Source: an uncultured Rhodospirillaceae bacterium
GTDB taxonomy: Bacteria; Pseudomonadota; Alphaproteobacteria; UBA2966
Direction of reading: 5' to 3'
Assembly (NCBI GenBank): GCA_964528595.1
Contig: CAZGTM010000008.1
Span: 1,133 to 65,132 of the forward strand
DNA length: 64,000 nt
Shown here: in pieces, positions 1 to 10,380 of the stretch
How the letters are laid out: each line of letters opens with the position of its first letter
How positions within the stretch are numbered: position 1 is the first letter of the stretch
The notes under the pieces: generated by a model
Told to the model about the DNA's origin: nothing
The model's database searches: none
Seen by the model: only the letters and a program-made list of their open reading frames with translations
Translations under genes and position numbers: made by a program

Positions 1-552
1 AAGGTTCCGGGCTTGGCAAAACTTCGCGATACGCCGTTCTGCCTCTGCTTTGGTGGCTTCGTACTGGTTGCCTTTCACGTCTCCCGGCTCGGAAAGACGC
101 TCAAAGGCGACGCCGTTCTCGACCGGCGCGGCATAGGCCGTGCTGACATAATTCAGGCGGACCGGTTGTTTGAAACTTTCGAGGTACTTGAGCAAATTCT
201 CGGTGCCACCGACGTTGGTGGCATAAACGTCGCCGCCCCCGTTGCTCTGATCCTCAAAGGTGGCGGCAAAGTGCCAAACATCGGTCGTCGTGGCGGCAAT
301 ACGTTCCGCGTCGCATTCTCCAAGGCCGCAGCCTGACGCCCGCACGTTGCCGTCGATGCTGGTGAAACTGGCCGCGGGATCTTTGGGAAAATCTCTGTGC
401 GTTCCGCCAATCCTGTCGATCGTCGGAAGAAGCGATCGTTCCGGCGCGTTTCGCACCAGGGCGAACACCTGCAATCCCTGGCGCAACAATTGGGCGGTAA
501 AAAATGCGCCGAGAAATCCCGTTGCGCCGGTGACGAATGCGGTCCTGGCCAT
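1..552 (-). CDS. NAD(P)-dependent epimerase/dehydratase family protein, N-terminal portion only (gene runs off the window start)
   Basis: Reverse-strand translation from the ATG (complement of 550-552) gives MARTAFVTGATGFLGAFFTAQLLRQGLQVFALVRN..., a Rossmann GxxGxxG N-terminus. The frame stays open to position 1. The ATG overlaps the TGA of the upstream methyltransferase (ATGA coupling). Absent from the ORF track because it is partial. Confidence 0.6.
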   Translation of the reverse strand, partial: MARTAFVTGATGFLGAFFTAQLLRQGLQVFALVRNAPERSLLPTIDRIGGTHRDFPKDPAASFTSIDGNVRASGCGLGECDAERIAATTTDVWHFAATFEDQSNGGGDVYATNVGGTENLLKYLESFKQPVRLNYVSTAYAAPVENGVAFERLSEPGDVKGNQYEATKAEAERRIAKFCQARNL

Positions 553-1706
553 CAGAGACCGGTCTTGGGTTTTTCGGCCGAAATCAACGTATAAAGGTAA
601 GTCGTCGGGGTCACTTCGACGTTGGTGAACCGGGCCTCGTCGAGCATGCGGGATACCTCACCGTAGGACCGGATCTTTCCGGCCGGGCTGATGAGCTGCA
701 TCAGCAGTGAAATGGCGAACGTTTCGTCGGGCGTATCCGCCGATGTCCGCATTGTTTCGTAGATCAGCAAACGCCCTCCCGGCGGCAGTGCCTTGAAGGC
801 TTTGCGCAGCAACAGCTTTACCGTGTCGTCGGGCCAATCGTGCAGCACCCGCATCATGATGATGGTGTCTGGACCCTCGGGGAAATCATCCCGGAAAAAA
901 TCGCCGGGGAATATTTCGATACGAGAATTGAGGGCTGGGAACGGCGTCAGGTAATCCTGTGCCTGGGCGCAAATCTGCGGCAGGTCGAACAGCACGACGC
1001 CCAAATTCGAATACTGCGAGGTTAACGTCGCGGCTAGGCGCCCGCTGCCGCCGCCGACATCGAGCAGCCATTTGCTGTCGCTGAAGTCATGGTATTCCAT
1101 CAGCAGCAACGCCGGAACGACGCCGCTCTCGTGCATCAGGTCGGCGTAGTTGCTGGAGAGGTTATCGCCGTCGCCGAAAAAGTAGGCGAAATTCGTTGTC
1201 GTCGGTGCGTCTTCGACCAGAGCCGTCTCGAGTTCCCGGCAGGCATCGTAAAGGCTTTCGAACAGTTTGACGTTGGCGCCCTGGTATTCCGGACGGCCCT
1301 TGACGAGATAGGTCGCGGATATCGGCGAGTTGCCGTAGAAATCTCCTTCCTTCTCCAGAAGATTAATGGCGACCAGACTATCGAGAAACAAGGCGCAGGG
1401 GTTTTCGGGAATTTTCAGGTGTTCTCTGAGATGCGCCAGGTTCAATGATTTGTTCGACAGGTAGGTGAAAAGGTCGCGCTTCAGCGCAACGGCCAACAGC
1501 TGAGTTCGAAACGCCCCGGTCATGATGCCGAAGAGTTCCGATTCATGCCGTGTCAGAAGCGAACGGTCAACCTGTTCGCGCTGAAATTGGTCAATCGAAA
1601 TGACGCACCCCCAGTAAATCGAACCACATGTCGTTCCCCGTACCAAACATCGGCCTGCCAACGTCGAACTGACATTGTCAAACCGGGCGGTGCCCCCCAA
1701 AAGCAA
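552..1706 (-). CDS. Class I SAM-dependent O-methyltransferase (family 2 O-MT-like)
   Basis: 384-aa ORF with the SAM-binding motif LLDVGGGSGRLAA plus the downstream O-MT motifs PGGRLLIYE and RVLHDWPD. The true start is possibly the internal MTGAFRTQLLAV at 1523. Translationally coupled to the epimerase gene. Confidence 0.8.
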   Translation of the reverse strand: MLLGGTARFDNVSSTLAGRCLVRGTTCGSIYWGCVISIDQFQREQVDRSLLTRHESELFGIMTGAFRTQLLAVALKRDLFTYLSNKSLNLAHLREHLKIPENPCALFLDSLVAINLLEKEGDFYGNSPISATYLVKGRPEYQGANVKLFESLYDACRELETALVEDAPTTTNFAYFFGDGDNLSSNYADLMHESGVVPALLLMEYHDFSDSKWLLDVGGGSGRLAATLTSQYSNLGVVLFDLPQICAQAQDYLTPFPALNSRIEIFPGDFFRDDFPEGPDTIIMMRVLHDWPDDTVKLLLRKAFKALPPGGRLLIYETMRTSADTPDETFAISLLMQLISPAGKIRSYGEVSRMLDEARFTNVEVTPTTYLYTLISAEKPKTGL

Positions 1707-1707
1707 A

Positions 1708-1807
1708 CTGCCAAATTTAATTTGGCAGCCTGTTTGTTAAACAATAAGTCTTAATTAAACATCTAGGCAATTGAAATATTTCAATAAATAGGAACCGATT
1801 TCCTATT
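1708..1807. promoter_or_regulatory. AT-rich divergent promoter/operator region carrying three perfect palindromes
   Basis: Palindromes: CTGCCAAATTTAATTTGGCAG (1708-1728), TTGAAATATTTCAA (1771-1784) and AATAGGAA-ccgat-TTCCTATT (1787-1807). They lie in an AT-rich island between the divergent O-MT and tusA-like genes of an otherwise GC-rich sequence. Confidence 0.5.
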
Positions 1808-1953
1808 TCGTCCTATCGCTCACGGCAATTTGTGCTAAGGCCGGTTGAAATTAAGAAGATGCTAATATACGATTTCGGCAATGTCGTCGGGTGCGGACGG
1901 GTGTATATTCACCGCAGCCAATTCACCGAACCAAAGACCTGAGGGAACCTACC

Positions 1954-2184
1954 ATGTCGGATTTTGACACCGAACTCGATGCCCGCGGCCTCAACTGCCC
2001 GCTGCCCATTCTCCGCGCCAAGAAAGCCATCACCGGCATGGGGTCCGGCGAGGTTCTCAAGGTCGTTGCCACCGATGCCGGGTCGGTCAAGGATTTCGAA
2101 GCCTTCTGCCGCCAATCGGGCGACGAACTGATGGATTCGACCCAGGACGGCAGCGAATACCACTTCCTGATCAAGAAGGCCTAA
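1954..2184 (+). CDS. tusA: TusA-like sulfurtransferase (SirA/YedF/YeeD family)
   Basis: MSDFDTELDARGLNCPLPILRAKKAI... carries the diagnostic CPxP motif. About 77 aa. The start is taken at the internal Met (1954) of ORF 1891..2184. Confidence 0.8.
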   Translation: MSDFDTELDARGLNCPLPILRAKKAITGMGSGEVLKVVATDAGSVKDFEAFCRQSGDELMDSTQDGSEYHFLIKKA

Positions 2185-2232
2185 TTCGCCGACATACATT
2201 TGAGAGGGCGCGCGTTGACCGTGCGCCCTTTT

Positions 2233-5200
2233 CTATTCGGCGGGCGTAGCGGCCGGCGGCGGGCCGTGGGGTTCGGCTTTATCCTTCGCCGTCTCAAGCT
2301 CGCTGAGTTTGCGGGCGATGTGGCCGGAGGGTTTGGCGAAGCGGGCCAGCAGGAGGTAGAGCACCGGCACGATCAGCAAGCTCAGGACAGTCGCAAAACT
2401 AACGCCGCCGATGATGACGACGCCGAGCGAGCGGCGCGCTTCGGCGCCGGCGCCGGTGCCGATGGCCAGGGGCAGGGCGCCGAACGCCGTGGCGATGGAG
2501 GTCATCAGGATGGGCCGCAAGCGGTTGACGGAGGCCTCCGTGACCGCGGTCAGGATATCCTCCCCCTTGTCGCGCAATTGATTGGCGAACTCGACGATCA
2601 GGATGGCGTTCTTGGCCGTCAGGCCGATCAGCATGATCATGCCGATCTGGCTGTAGACATTGAGCGTCACCCCCTCGATCAGCAGCGCTCCCAAGCCGCC
2701 GGTCACCGCCAGCGGCACCGACAACATGATGATGAAGGGGTGGATGAAGCTCTCGAACTGCGCCGCCAGGGCCAGAAAGACGATAATCAGCGCCATGGCG
2801 AAGGTGAACAGGAGGGAGTTCGAGGATTCGCGGAATTCGCGGCTGGCGCCCGTCCAACTGATGCGGGCTTCGGTGGGCAAGGCCTCGCGCGCCGCGTCAC
2901 CCAGTTCCTCAACCGCTTGGCCCAGCGTATACCCAGGCGCCACCGATGCCGTGATGGTTACCGCCCGCATGCGGTCTGCCCGTTTCAACTCCTGCGCCCC
3001 GGCGCTTTCGCGGAAGTGTACGAGGTTGGCCAGCGGGACGAGAACATTGGTTGACGACGAGCGCACGTAGATGTTGGTGAGATCGTGTGGGCTGGCGCGT
3101 TCCTCGGGTCGGGCCTGCAGGATGACATTGTAGAGTTTGCCGCCCTGATCGAACGTCGTGACGTAGCGCGACCCCAGCAAGGTCTCCAGCGTGCGGCCCA
3201 CTTCTTCAACCGGCACGCCGAGGTCGGCGGCGCGGTTACGGTCGATATCGACGAACAGTTCGGGCCGGCTTTCCTCGAAATCCGAAATAACGTTAATCAG
3301 ACTGGGGATGGACCGTGATTCGTCGATCAACCGGTCGCGCCACTCCTTCAGCGTTTCGTAATCCGGTCCCCCCATCACCATGCGGACCGGTGCACCAAAG
3401 CGGCGGCGGCCCAGACTGGCCGGGCTGACGGCAAAGGCGCGCACCCCGGGCACGGTCATCAGCTTGGGGAAGATCTCCTTGACGACGTCCTTCTGGGCAA
3501 TTTCGCGTTCGCCCCAGGGCACCAGGCGCAGGATGATGAAAGCCTTGTTGACCGGACCGGGCCGGCCCCAGCTCGGCGCCACGATGGTGAGCATCGACCA
3601 GGCGTCGCCGCGCTTGATGATGGGCTGCAGGCGTCCTTCGATCTGGTCGACATAGCGCCGCGTGTAATCCAGGCTGGCGGCGTCGGGCGCCGTGATGGGA
3701 ATGAAGATCGCGCCGCGGTCCTCGATCGGGGCGAATTCCTTGGGCACCACCGTCCATAGGCCGAATGCCACGGCCGACAGGGCGCCTCCCACGGCGACCA
3801 CGACCAGCGGCATGGCAAGCATACGCCCGACCAGCCAGCGGTAGCCCGAATGCATGCCGTCGAACAGACGCTCAGTCAGGCGGTAAAGGCCCGCCTCCTC
3901 GTTGGGGTTGACCAGCAGCTTGGAGCACATCATGGGCGTCAAGGTCAGCGCCACGAAGCTGGAAAACGCCACGGCGGTGGCGACGGCGATGCCGAATTCG
4001 GTGAATAGCCGACCGGTTTCCCCCTCCATGAAGGAGATTGGCACGAACACGGCCACCAGCACGATGGTCGTGGCGATGACGGCGAAGGCGATCTGGCGGG
4101 TGCCGCGCACCGCGGCCAGCAGGGTGTCCTCGCCGTTCTCCATGCGGCGGTGGATGTTTTCCAGAACCACGATGGCGTCGTCGACCACCAGTCCGATCGC
4201 CAGCACCAGCGCCAGCAGGGTGAGGATATTGATCGAGAAACCCAGAGCCGCCAGCACGCTGAGCGAGCCGATGATCGAAACCGGGATGGCGACCGCCGGG
4301 ATCAGGGTGGCGCGCAGGCTGCGCAGGAAGATGAAATTGACGGCGATGACCATCACCAGGGCGATGGAAATGGCGATGAAGACCTCGTAGATCGCCTCGC
4401 CGATGAAGACTGCCTGGTTGTAGGCCACCTCGAGCTTGACGCCGGGCGGCAACGAGCTTTGCAGCTTATCCATTTCGGCGATAACGCCGTTCGCCACCTC
4501 CAGCGTGTTGCCCTTGGACTGCTTGACGACGCCGAGGCCGATGGCGTTGCGGCCCGCCACGCGCAGGTCGGTGCGGTCGTTTTCGGCCCCGAGCTCGATT
4601 TCGGCCACTTCACCTAGACGGACGAAGTATCCGCCCGCTTCCCGCACCACGACATTTTCGAAGTCGGCCACATCGCGCAAACTGGAATCGGTGCGCACGG
4701 ACATTTCTCGTTCGACCGATTCGATGCGCCCCGAGGGCAGCAGCACGTTCTGGCGGCGCAGCGCGGTTTCCACGTCCTGCACGGTCAATTGGCGCGCCGC
4801 CAGGGCGTTTTTGTCGAGCCAAATGCGGATGGCATAGCGCCGCCCGCCGCCGATGCGGATGTTGGCGACGCCGGCGACGATGGAAAGGCGATCCCTGAGA
4901 AAACGGTCGGCGTAGTCGGTGAGTTCCAGGCTGCTCAGGCGGTCGCTGGTCAACGCCAACCACATGATGGAGCGGGCGTCATCGTCGGACTTGGCGATAC
5001 GCGGCGCGTCCGCCTCGATGGGCAGCTGGCGGACGGCCCGGCTGACGCGGTCCCGCACGTCGTTGGCGGCGCTGTCCATGTCGCGCTCGACGCCGAATTC
5101 AATGGAGACGGATGACGACTCTTCCCGACTGGTTGACGTGACGGACGTGATGCCCTCGATGCCGGCGACGGCGTCTTCGATGATCTGGGTTACCTGGCTT

Positions 5201-5379
5201 TCAATAATCGTCGCCGAGGCGCCGCGGTAGACCGTGCTGACGGAGACGACGGGCCGGTCGATGTCGGGCATTTCCCGGACGCTCAGGCGCTGGTAGCCGA
5301 ACAGGCCGAAGATGACGAGCACGAGGCTCATCACCGTCGCCAGAACCGGCCGTTTAATCGATGTATCGGAAAGCAGCAT
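2233..5379 (-). CDS. RND multidrug efflux pump, inner-membrane permease (HAE1/AcrB family)
   Basis: ORF of about 1050 aa with 12-TM AcrB architecture. Canonical N-terminus MLLSDTSIKRPVLATVMSL when started at 5379. The longest ORF extends to 5454 with an Arg-rich leader that I consider non-coding. Confidence 0.93.
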   Translation of the reverse strand: MLLSDTSIKRPVLATVMSLVLVIFGLFGYQRLSVREMPDIDRPVVSVSTVYRGASATIIESQVTQIIEDAVAGIEGITSVTSTSREESSSVSIEFGVERDMDSAANDVRDRVSRAVRQLPIEADAPRIAKSDDDARSIMWLALTSDRLSSLELTDYADRFLRDRLSIVAGVANIRIGGGRRYAIRIWLDKNALAARQLTVQDVETALRRQNVLLPSGRIESVEREMSVRTDSSLRDVADFENVVVREAGGYFVRLGEVAEIELGAENDRTDLRVAGRNAIGLGVVKQSKGNTLEVANGVIAEMDKLQSSLPPGVKLEVAYNQAVFIGEAIYEVFIAISIALVMVIAVNFIFLRSLRATLIPAVAIPVSIIGSLSVLAALGFSINILTLLALVLAIGLVVDDAIVVLENIHRRMENGEDTLLAAVRGTRQIAFAVIATTIVLVAVFVPISFMEGETGRLFTEFGIAVATAVAFSSFVALTLTPMMCSKLLVNPNEEAGLYRLTERLFDGMHSGYRWLVGRMLAMPLVVVAVGGALSAVAFGLWTVVPKEFAPIEDRGAIFIPITAPDAASLDYTRRYVDQIEGRLQPIIKRGDAWSMLTIVAPSWGRPGPVNKAFIILRLVPWGEREIAQKDVVKEIFPKLMTVPGVRAFAVSPASLGRRRFGAPVRMVMGGPDYETLKEWRDRLIDESRSIPSLINVISDFEESRPELFVDIDRNRAADLGVPVEEVGRTLETLLGSRYVTTFDQGGKLYNVILQARPEERASPHDLTNIYVRSSSTNVLVPLANLVHFRESAGAQELKRADRMRAVTITASVAPGYTLGQAVEELGDAAREALPTEARISWTGASREFRESSNSLLFTFAMALIIVFLALAAQFESFIHPFIIMLSVPLAVTGGLGALLIEGVTLNVYSQIGMIMLIGLTAKNAILIVEFANQLRDKGEDILTAVTEASVNRLRPILMTSIATAFGALPLAIGTGAGAEARRSLGVVIIGGVSFATVLSLLIVPVLYLLLARFAKPSGHIARKLSELETAKDKAEPHGPPPAATPAE

Positions 5380-5389
5380 GCGCGACCGC

Positions 5390-6601
5390 CTAGCCCGACG
5401 TGCCGGCGGGCTTTTTCGCCCCCGCCGTCGGCATGCCGGCGGGCTTCTTGGCATCGGAACTGCCGTCCGGCTTCTTCGCTTTGGGTTTGCCGCCTTTCTT
5501 GAAGCCGCCCGGCGGTAGGATTTTGACGGCCTGGCCCTTGCGCACCTTCTGGATGCCGGCGGTGACGACCGGCGTGCCGGCCGCTAGGCCGGACAGGATT
5601 TCGATTTCCCCCTTCACGTGTTCGCCGGTCTTGACGGCGACCTTGTCGGCCTTGCCGTCCTTGATGGCGAAAACATAGCGCGCATCGCTGGAGGCGATCA
5701 GGGATTCTTCCGGTATCAGGATGGCGTTCTTGCGCACCGCCGCCGTGAGCGTGGCGGCCAGGAACATGCCGGGGCGCAGCTTGGCGTGCTTGTTGTCGAA
5801 GTGGGCGCGGATTTCGACCGAACGCGTCACCGGGTCGACCCGGCTGGAAACCGTGCCGACCTTGCCCCGGAACACGTCACCGGGATAGGCGGCGCTGGTG
5901 GCCGAAACCGTCTGGCCTTTCTTGACGAACGCCAGCGCCGTTTCGGGGACGCGGAAATCCACCTTGATGCGGGACGTGTCGTCCAATGTGGTGATTTCGG
6001 TGCCGGGCGTTATCAGGGCGCCGAGGGAGATACGGCGAAGACCCAAGCGCCCCGAAAAGGGAGCCCTGACGACGGTTTCGTCCAACCGGGCTTCGTCGGT
6101 GGCGACCCGCGCCTGGGCGGCCTGCAGCAGACCGAACAGATCCTGGACCCGCGCTTCCGGTACGTTTCGGTTCTTCAGCAGGCGTTTGGCGCGGTCATAC
6201 AATCGCTTGGCGTTGTCCCGGCTGGCGTGGGCCTCGGCCAGTTCGGCGTCGAGCTCGCCGGCTTCCAGTTCCAGCAGCACGGCGCCTTTCTTGACCCACT
6301 GGCCTTCGCGGAAACGGATATTGCCAACCATGCCGGTGACCTTGGCCGTGACGACGACCGCTTCGTTGGCCTGCGCCGTGCCGACGGCATCCACGGTGAC
6401 CACGACGTCGCCGGTGCGCGCCGGCTTGACTTCGACCAGCGCCGGGCGTCCACCGCCGCGGCCACCCTTTTTTGCCGACTTATCGCCGCCGCTTAGCCAC
6501 GGCAGCTTGTCGGCATAGGGGATTTGATCGCGGTACTGCCAGCCGCCGTACCCCATACCCGCAATGACCGCCACGACGACCAACTGGGTGATTACTCTCA
6601 T
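5390..6601 (-). CDS. RND efflux membrane fusion protein (HlyD/AcrA family periplasmic adaptor)
   Basis: 403 aa with an N-terminal TM anchor ([13 protein letters not shown]) and coiled-coil plus beta-barrel adaptor regions. Sits immediately upstream of the RND permease (10-nt gap). C-terminal Lys/Pro-rich tail. Confidence 0.85.
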   Translation of the reverse strand: MRVITQLVVVAVIAGMGYGGWQYRDQIPYADKLPWLSGGDKSAKKGGRGGGRPALVEVKPARTGDVVVTVDAVGTAQANEAVVVTAKVTGMVGNIRFREGQWVKKGAVLLELEAGELDAELAEAHASRDNAKRLYDRAKRLLKNRNVPEARVQDLFGLLQAAQARVATDEARLDETVVRAPFSGRLGLRRISLGALITPGTEITTLDDTSRIKVDFRVPETALAFVKKGQTVSATSAAYPGDVFRGKVGTVSSRVDPVTRSVEIRAHFDNKHAKLRPGMFLAATLTAAVRKNAILIPEESLIASSDARYVFAIKDGKADKVAVKTGEHVKGEIEILSGLAAGTPVVTAGIQKVRKGQAVKILPPGGFKKGGKPKAKKPDGSSDAKKPAGMPTAGAKKPAGTSG

Positions 6602-6747
6602 CCGCTATGCCTCACAGTACGCCCGACAAATATCAAGGGCGCGGCAGGTCCCGCGCCGGGCTGGCATTAAAGCGTGAAAACACGGAAAATGACAGCGCCG
6701 CACAGGTTTTCTCACGCTGTCGTTACATCCCGGAAAGGCCCCCGCCC

Positions 6748-7686
6748 GTGACCACTCAGCTCTATTCCCACCCTTCGTTTCTCGACCATCGCACGGGGGA
6801 TTATCACCCGGAAAAACCGGCGCGCCTGACGGCCGTGCTGGAAGCCCTGGGAACGGACGAATTCTCGGACCTTGAACGGCTGGAAGCGCCGCCGGCGGAC
6901 CTCAACCGGCTCGAACTCGTGCATCCGCTCGATTTTGTCAAAGGTGTTCTCGACGCCTTTCCGGATGAGGGCGGGGAGGCCCCGCACCGGCACCTTGATC
7001 CCGACACTGTCGTGTCCAGCGGATCCAAGGAAGCCTCGTTGCGCGCGGTGGGCGCTTTGTGTGCCGCCGTCGACGCCGTTATGGACGGGGCCGCCGATAA
7101 TGCGTTTTGTGCTGTGCGGCCGCCCGGCCACCACGCCGAACCGCGCCGGGCCATGGGGTTCTGCCTGTTCAGCAACGTCGCCATCGCAGCTCAGCACGCC
7201 CGCGCCGAATACGGCTTGACCCGGGTAGCCGTGGTCGATTTCGACGTCCATCACGGCAATGGCACCCAGGCCGCCTTTTGGGACGACGCCGACCTGTTCT
7301 ACGCCTCGACCCACCAGTATCCCCATTATCCCGGCACCGGCGCGGCGGATGAGACGGGCAAGGGCAACATCTTTAATGCGCCGCTGCCGGCGGGAGCGGA
7401 CGGGACGGCATTCCGAGGCGCCATGACCGATTACGTCCTGCCGGCGATGAATAATTTCGCGCCGGAACTCGTGCTGATCTCGGCCGGTTTCGACGCCCAT
7501 GCCGACGACCCGCTGGCCGAACTGAACCTGGTCGAGGAGGATTTCGCCTGGGCCACGCGGGAATTGATGGACTTGGCAGGCATCCATGCCAACGGACGTG
7601 TGGTATCGGCGCTGGAAGGCGGATATGATCTCGCCGCCCTGGGCCGCAGCGCCGCCGCCCATGTCCGTAAATTGATGAGTGCTTAG
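6748..7686 (+). CDS. Histone deacetylase superfamily amidohydrolase (HDAC-like / acetoin-utilization AcuC / acetylpolyamine aminohydrolase-like)
   Basis: [26 protein letters not shown]-terminus. Zn-ligand motifs: [11 protein letters not shown] and [13 protein letters not shown] near the C-terminus. Start taken at GTG 6748; the longer ORF from 6607 adds an Arg-rich leader. Confidence 0.8.
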   Translation: MTTQLYSHPSFLDHRTGDYHPEKPARLTAVLEALGTDEFSDLERLEAPPADLNRLELVHPLDFVKGVLDAFPDEGGEAPHRHLDPDTVVSSGSKEASLRAVGALCAAVDAVMDGAADNAFCAVRPPGHHAEPRRAMGFCLFSNVAIAAQHARAEYGLTRVAVVDFDVHHGNGTQAAFWDDADLFYASTHQYPHYPGTGAADETGKGNIFNAPLPAGADGTAFRGAMTDYVLPAMNNFAPELVLISAGFDAHADDPLAELNLVEEDFAWATRELMDLAGIHANGRVVSALEGGYDLAALGRSAAAHVRKLMSA

Positions 7687-7695
7687 GAGAGAATA

Positions 7696-9111
7696 TTGGA
7701 TTCGGAGGAGTTTCGCCACCACGGCCACCAGTTCGTCGATTGGATGGCCGAGTATATGAACACGGTTTCAGACCAGCCCGTGCGTTCCGGCGTGGCGCCG
7801 GGTGACATCGCAGCCCAGCTGCCGGCATCCGCACCCATGGCCGGCGAGGACATGGCGGATATATTCGCCGACTTCCAAGAGATCGTCATGCCCGGCATCA
7901 CGCACTGGCAGCATCCGCGGTTCTTCGCCTATTTCCAATCCAACACCAGCCCGCCTTCCATTCTGGCGGAAATGCTGATGTCCACCGTGGCCGGCAACTG
8001 CCTGTTGTGGCAGACCTCGCCCGCGGGTACGGAGATGGAAACCCGCATGATGGAATGGCTGGCCGAGATGATCGGCCTGGGCAGTGAATTTGAAGGCGTC
8101 ATCCAGGACTCCGCCTCCAGTGCCACGCTCTGTGCCATTTTAACCGGGCGCGAAAAAGCCACCGGCTGGAAGGTCAACGAGGATGGTTTGGGCGCCGTGC
8201 CGACGCTCGCAGCCTATGCCTCGGTTGAAGCGCATTCCTCCATCGAAAAGGATGTGATGGTTGCCGGTTTGGGGCGCAACAATCTGCGCAAGATCGCCGT
8301 CAATGCGGAGTTTTCAATGATCCCCGCGGAGCTTGAAGCAGCGATCGAAGCCGACGTCGTAGCCGGCATCAAGCCCGCCGTCGTTATTGCCTGCCTCGGC
8401 ACGACGGGGGTCGGCGGCATGGACGATCTGCGCGCCGTTGGCGAGATTTGCCGCCGCCACAATGTCTACCTGCACGTCGATGCCGCCTGGGCCGGCACCG
8501 CTTTGGTGCTCGAGGAAAACCGGCATTTGATCGACGGCATCGAATACGCCGACAGCTTCATTTTCAATCCGCACAAGTGGATGTTCACCAATTTCGATTG
8601 CACCGCCCATTTCGTGCGCAATCCCGGCGACCTCACGCGCACGCTGTCGATCCTGCCGGAATACCTGAAGGGGCGTGAGACCGGCAGCGTGATTGACTAC
8701 CGCGACTGGAGCGTGCAACTGGGCCGGCGCTTCCGGGCGCTGAAGCTCTGGTTCGTCATGCGCAGCTTTGGCGTTGAAGGCATCCGGCAAATTATCGCCA
8801 ACCATATCGCCTGGGCGGCGGAGCTTTACGAGGTCGTCGACGCCGATCCGGAATTCGAGATCATGTCGCCCTTAAGGCTCTCGCTTTTCAGCTTCCGCTA
8901 CCGCCCCGCCGGCATCGAAAATGACAATGACCTGAATGCTTTGAACGAGCGCCTGTTGAATGCCATCAACGACGACGGCCGCACGTATCTGGCCCAGACC
9001 CTGGTCAACGGCCGCTACGTCATCCGCTTCGTGACGGGGCAAACGGCCACGACGCGCGACGATGTCCTGGCGGCCTGGGCGGCGGTCAAGGAGATAGCCG
9101 AAAGTCTATAA
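7696..9111 (+). CDS. Aromatic-L-amino-acid decarboxylase (PLP-dependent group II decarboxylase)
   Basis: 471 aa. The PLP-lysine motif NPHKWMFTNFDC and overall DDC/TyrDC-like sequence. Starts 10 nt after the HDAC-like gene. Confidence 0.85.
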   Translation: MDSEEFRHHGHQFVDWMAEYMNTVSDQPVRSGVAPGDIAAQLPASAPMAGEDMADIFADFQEIVMPGITHWQHPRFFAYFQSNTSPPSILAEMLMSTVAGNCLLWQTSPAGTEMETRMMEWLAEMIGLGSEFEGVIQDSASSATLCAILTGREKATGWKVNEDGLGAVPTLAAYASVEAHSSIEKDVMVAGLGRNNLRKIAVNAEFSMIPAELEAAIEADVVAGIKPAVVIACLGTTGVGGMDDLRAVGEICRRHNVYLHVDAAWAGTALVLEENRHLIDGIEYADSFIFNPHKWMFTNFDCTAHFVRNPGDLTRTLSILPEYLKGRETGSVIDYRDWSVQLGRRFRALKLWFVMRSFGVEGIRQIIANHIAWAAELYEVVDADPEFEIMSPLRLSLFSFRYRPAGIENDNDLNALNERLLNAINDDGRTYLAQTLVNGRYVIRFVTGQTATTRDDVLAAWAAVKEIAESL

Positions 9112-9185
9112 AGATCACCGCATTAGCTCGGTCCTTGCCCCCATCGCGGGGCGGGCCTAAACTCCGGGCGAATTGAGGAGGAATA

Positions 9186-9452
9186 ATGGCCAAGGCCCCG
9201 GAAAAGAGCGGTGAAATACCGCCGGAAATAGCCAAACTGAGCTTCGAGGAGGCCCTGAGCAGCCTCGAGGACATCGTCGAACGGCTGGAAAGCGGCGACG
9301 TCAACCTTGATGGGTCGATCGACATATACACGCGCGGCACCGCCTTGCGGCTTCATTGCGAGGCCAAGCTGAAGGATGCGCAGGCCAAAATCGACAAGAT
9401 CGTCAAGGGGCCGGGCGGCGGTGTTGCCACCGAGCCCGCCGATGCCGACTAG
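9186..9452 (+). CDS. xseB: Exodeoxyribonuclease VII small subunit
   Basis: 88-aa protein: [52 protein letters not shown]. Conserved position upstream of ispA-dxs. Confidence 0.85.
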   Translation: MAKAPEKSGEIPPEIAKLSFEEALSSLEDIVERLESGDVNLDGSIDIYTRGTALRLHCEAKLKDAQAKIDKIVKGPGGGVATEPADAD

Positions 9453-9466
9453 GCTTTCCGAAGAAT

Positions 9467-10357
9467 ATGTCTGAACGACTAGACACCGCACTGCGTGATT
9501 GCGCCGACGATTTGGCGCGTGAACTGAACGCCATCCTGCCCGAGGCGGAAGGCCCGGAATCCCGCCTGCACGACGCCATGCGTTATGCAACGCTGGTTGG
9601 CGGTAAACGTTTGCGTCCCCTGTTGGTTTTGACCAGCGCCGAGCTTTTCGGCGTCGCCCGCTCGTCGGCTTTGCGGGTGGCGTCCGCGGTGGAACTGGTT
9701 CACACCTATTCGCTGATACATGATGACCTGCCCTGCATGGACGACGATGACTTGCGGCGCGGTCAGCCGACCGTCCACAAAAAATATGATGAGGCGACCG
9801 CCGTCTTGGCGGGCGACGCCCTGTTGACCCTGGCGTTCGAGGTGTTGGGGCACGAGACCTGCCATCCGGATCCGCTTGTCAGGGCGCGGTTGGTGCTTGG
9901 CCTGGCGGAGGCTGCCGGCGCCCACGGCATGGTGGCCGGGCAGATGATCGATCTGCAGGCCGAGCAACTGGCCCCGGACGTGAGTACGATTACCCGCTTG
10001 CAGCAATTGAAAACCGGCGCGTTGATCGCCTATTCCTGCGAGGCCGGCGCGATATTGGGCCGGGCTCCGGAGGCGCAAAAACATGCCTTGCACGCCTACG
10101 CTCATGATCTCGGGTTGGCCTTTCAGATTGTCGACGATCTGTTGGACGCGGAAGGCGACGAATCTGCGGTGGGCAAGGCGGTGGGCAAGGACGCCGGCCG
10201 CGGCAAGGCGACATTTGTCTCGGAAATGGGCGTTGAACGCGCCAGAACACAGACGAAAATGCTGGCGGATCAGGCCTCTAGGCATTTGGAACCGTTCGCA
10301 GAAAAGGCCGATTTGTTGCGTGAAATTGCCGCCTTTGTGATAAACCGTAGTATTTGA
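9467..10357 (+). CDS. ispA: Farnesyl/geranylgeranyl diphosphate synthase (short-chain trans-prenyltransferase)
   Basis: First and second Asp-rich motifs LIHDDLPCMDDDDLRRG and FQIVDDLLD. Start at the internal Met 9467 (MSERLDTALRD). Confidence 0.9.
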   Translation: MSERLDTALRDCADDLARELNAILPEAEGPESRLHDAMRYATLVGGKRLRPLLVLTSAELFGVARSSALRVASAVELVHTYSLIHDDLPCMDDDDLRRGQPTVHKKYDEATAVLAGDALLTLAFEVLGHETCHPDPLVRARLVLGLAEAAGAHGMVAGQMIDLQAEQLAPDVSTITRLQQLKTGALIAYSCEAGAILGRAPEAQKHALHAYAHDLGLAFQIVDDLLDAEGDESAVGKAVGKDAGRGKATFVSEMGVERARTQTKMLADQASRHLEPFAEKADLLREIAAFVINRSI

Positions 10358-10380
10358 ACAGTAATTGACGAGTTTTTAAC

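Noticed and set aside
2200-6518. Antisense ORFs inside the RND permease and MFP genes (2200..3054 +, 4150..4617 +, 5618..6496 +, 5898..6518 +)
   Set aside because: These are composition-driven ORFs opposite strongly supported AcrB/AcrA-like genes. The translations are His/Arg/Asp-rich with no motifs.
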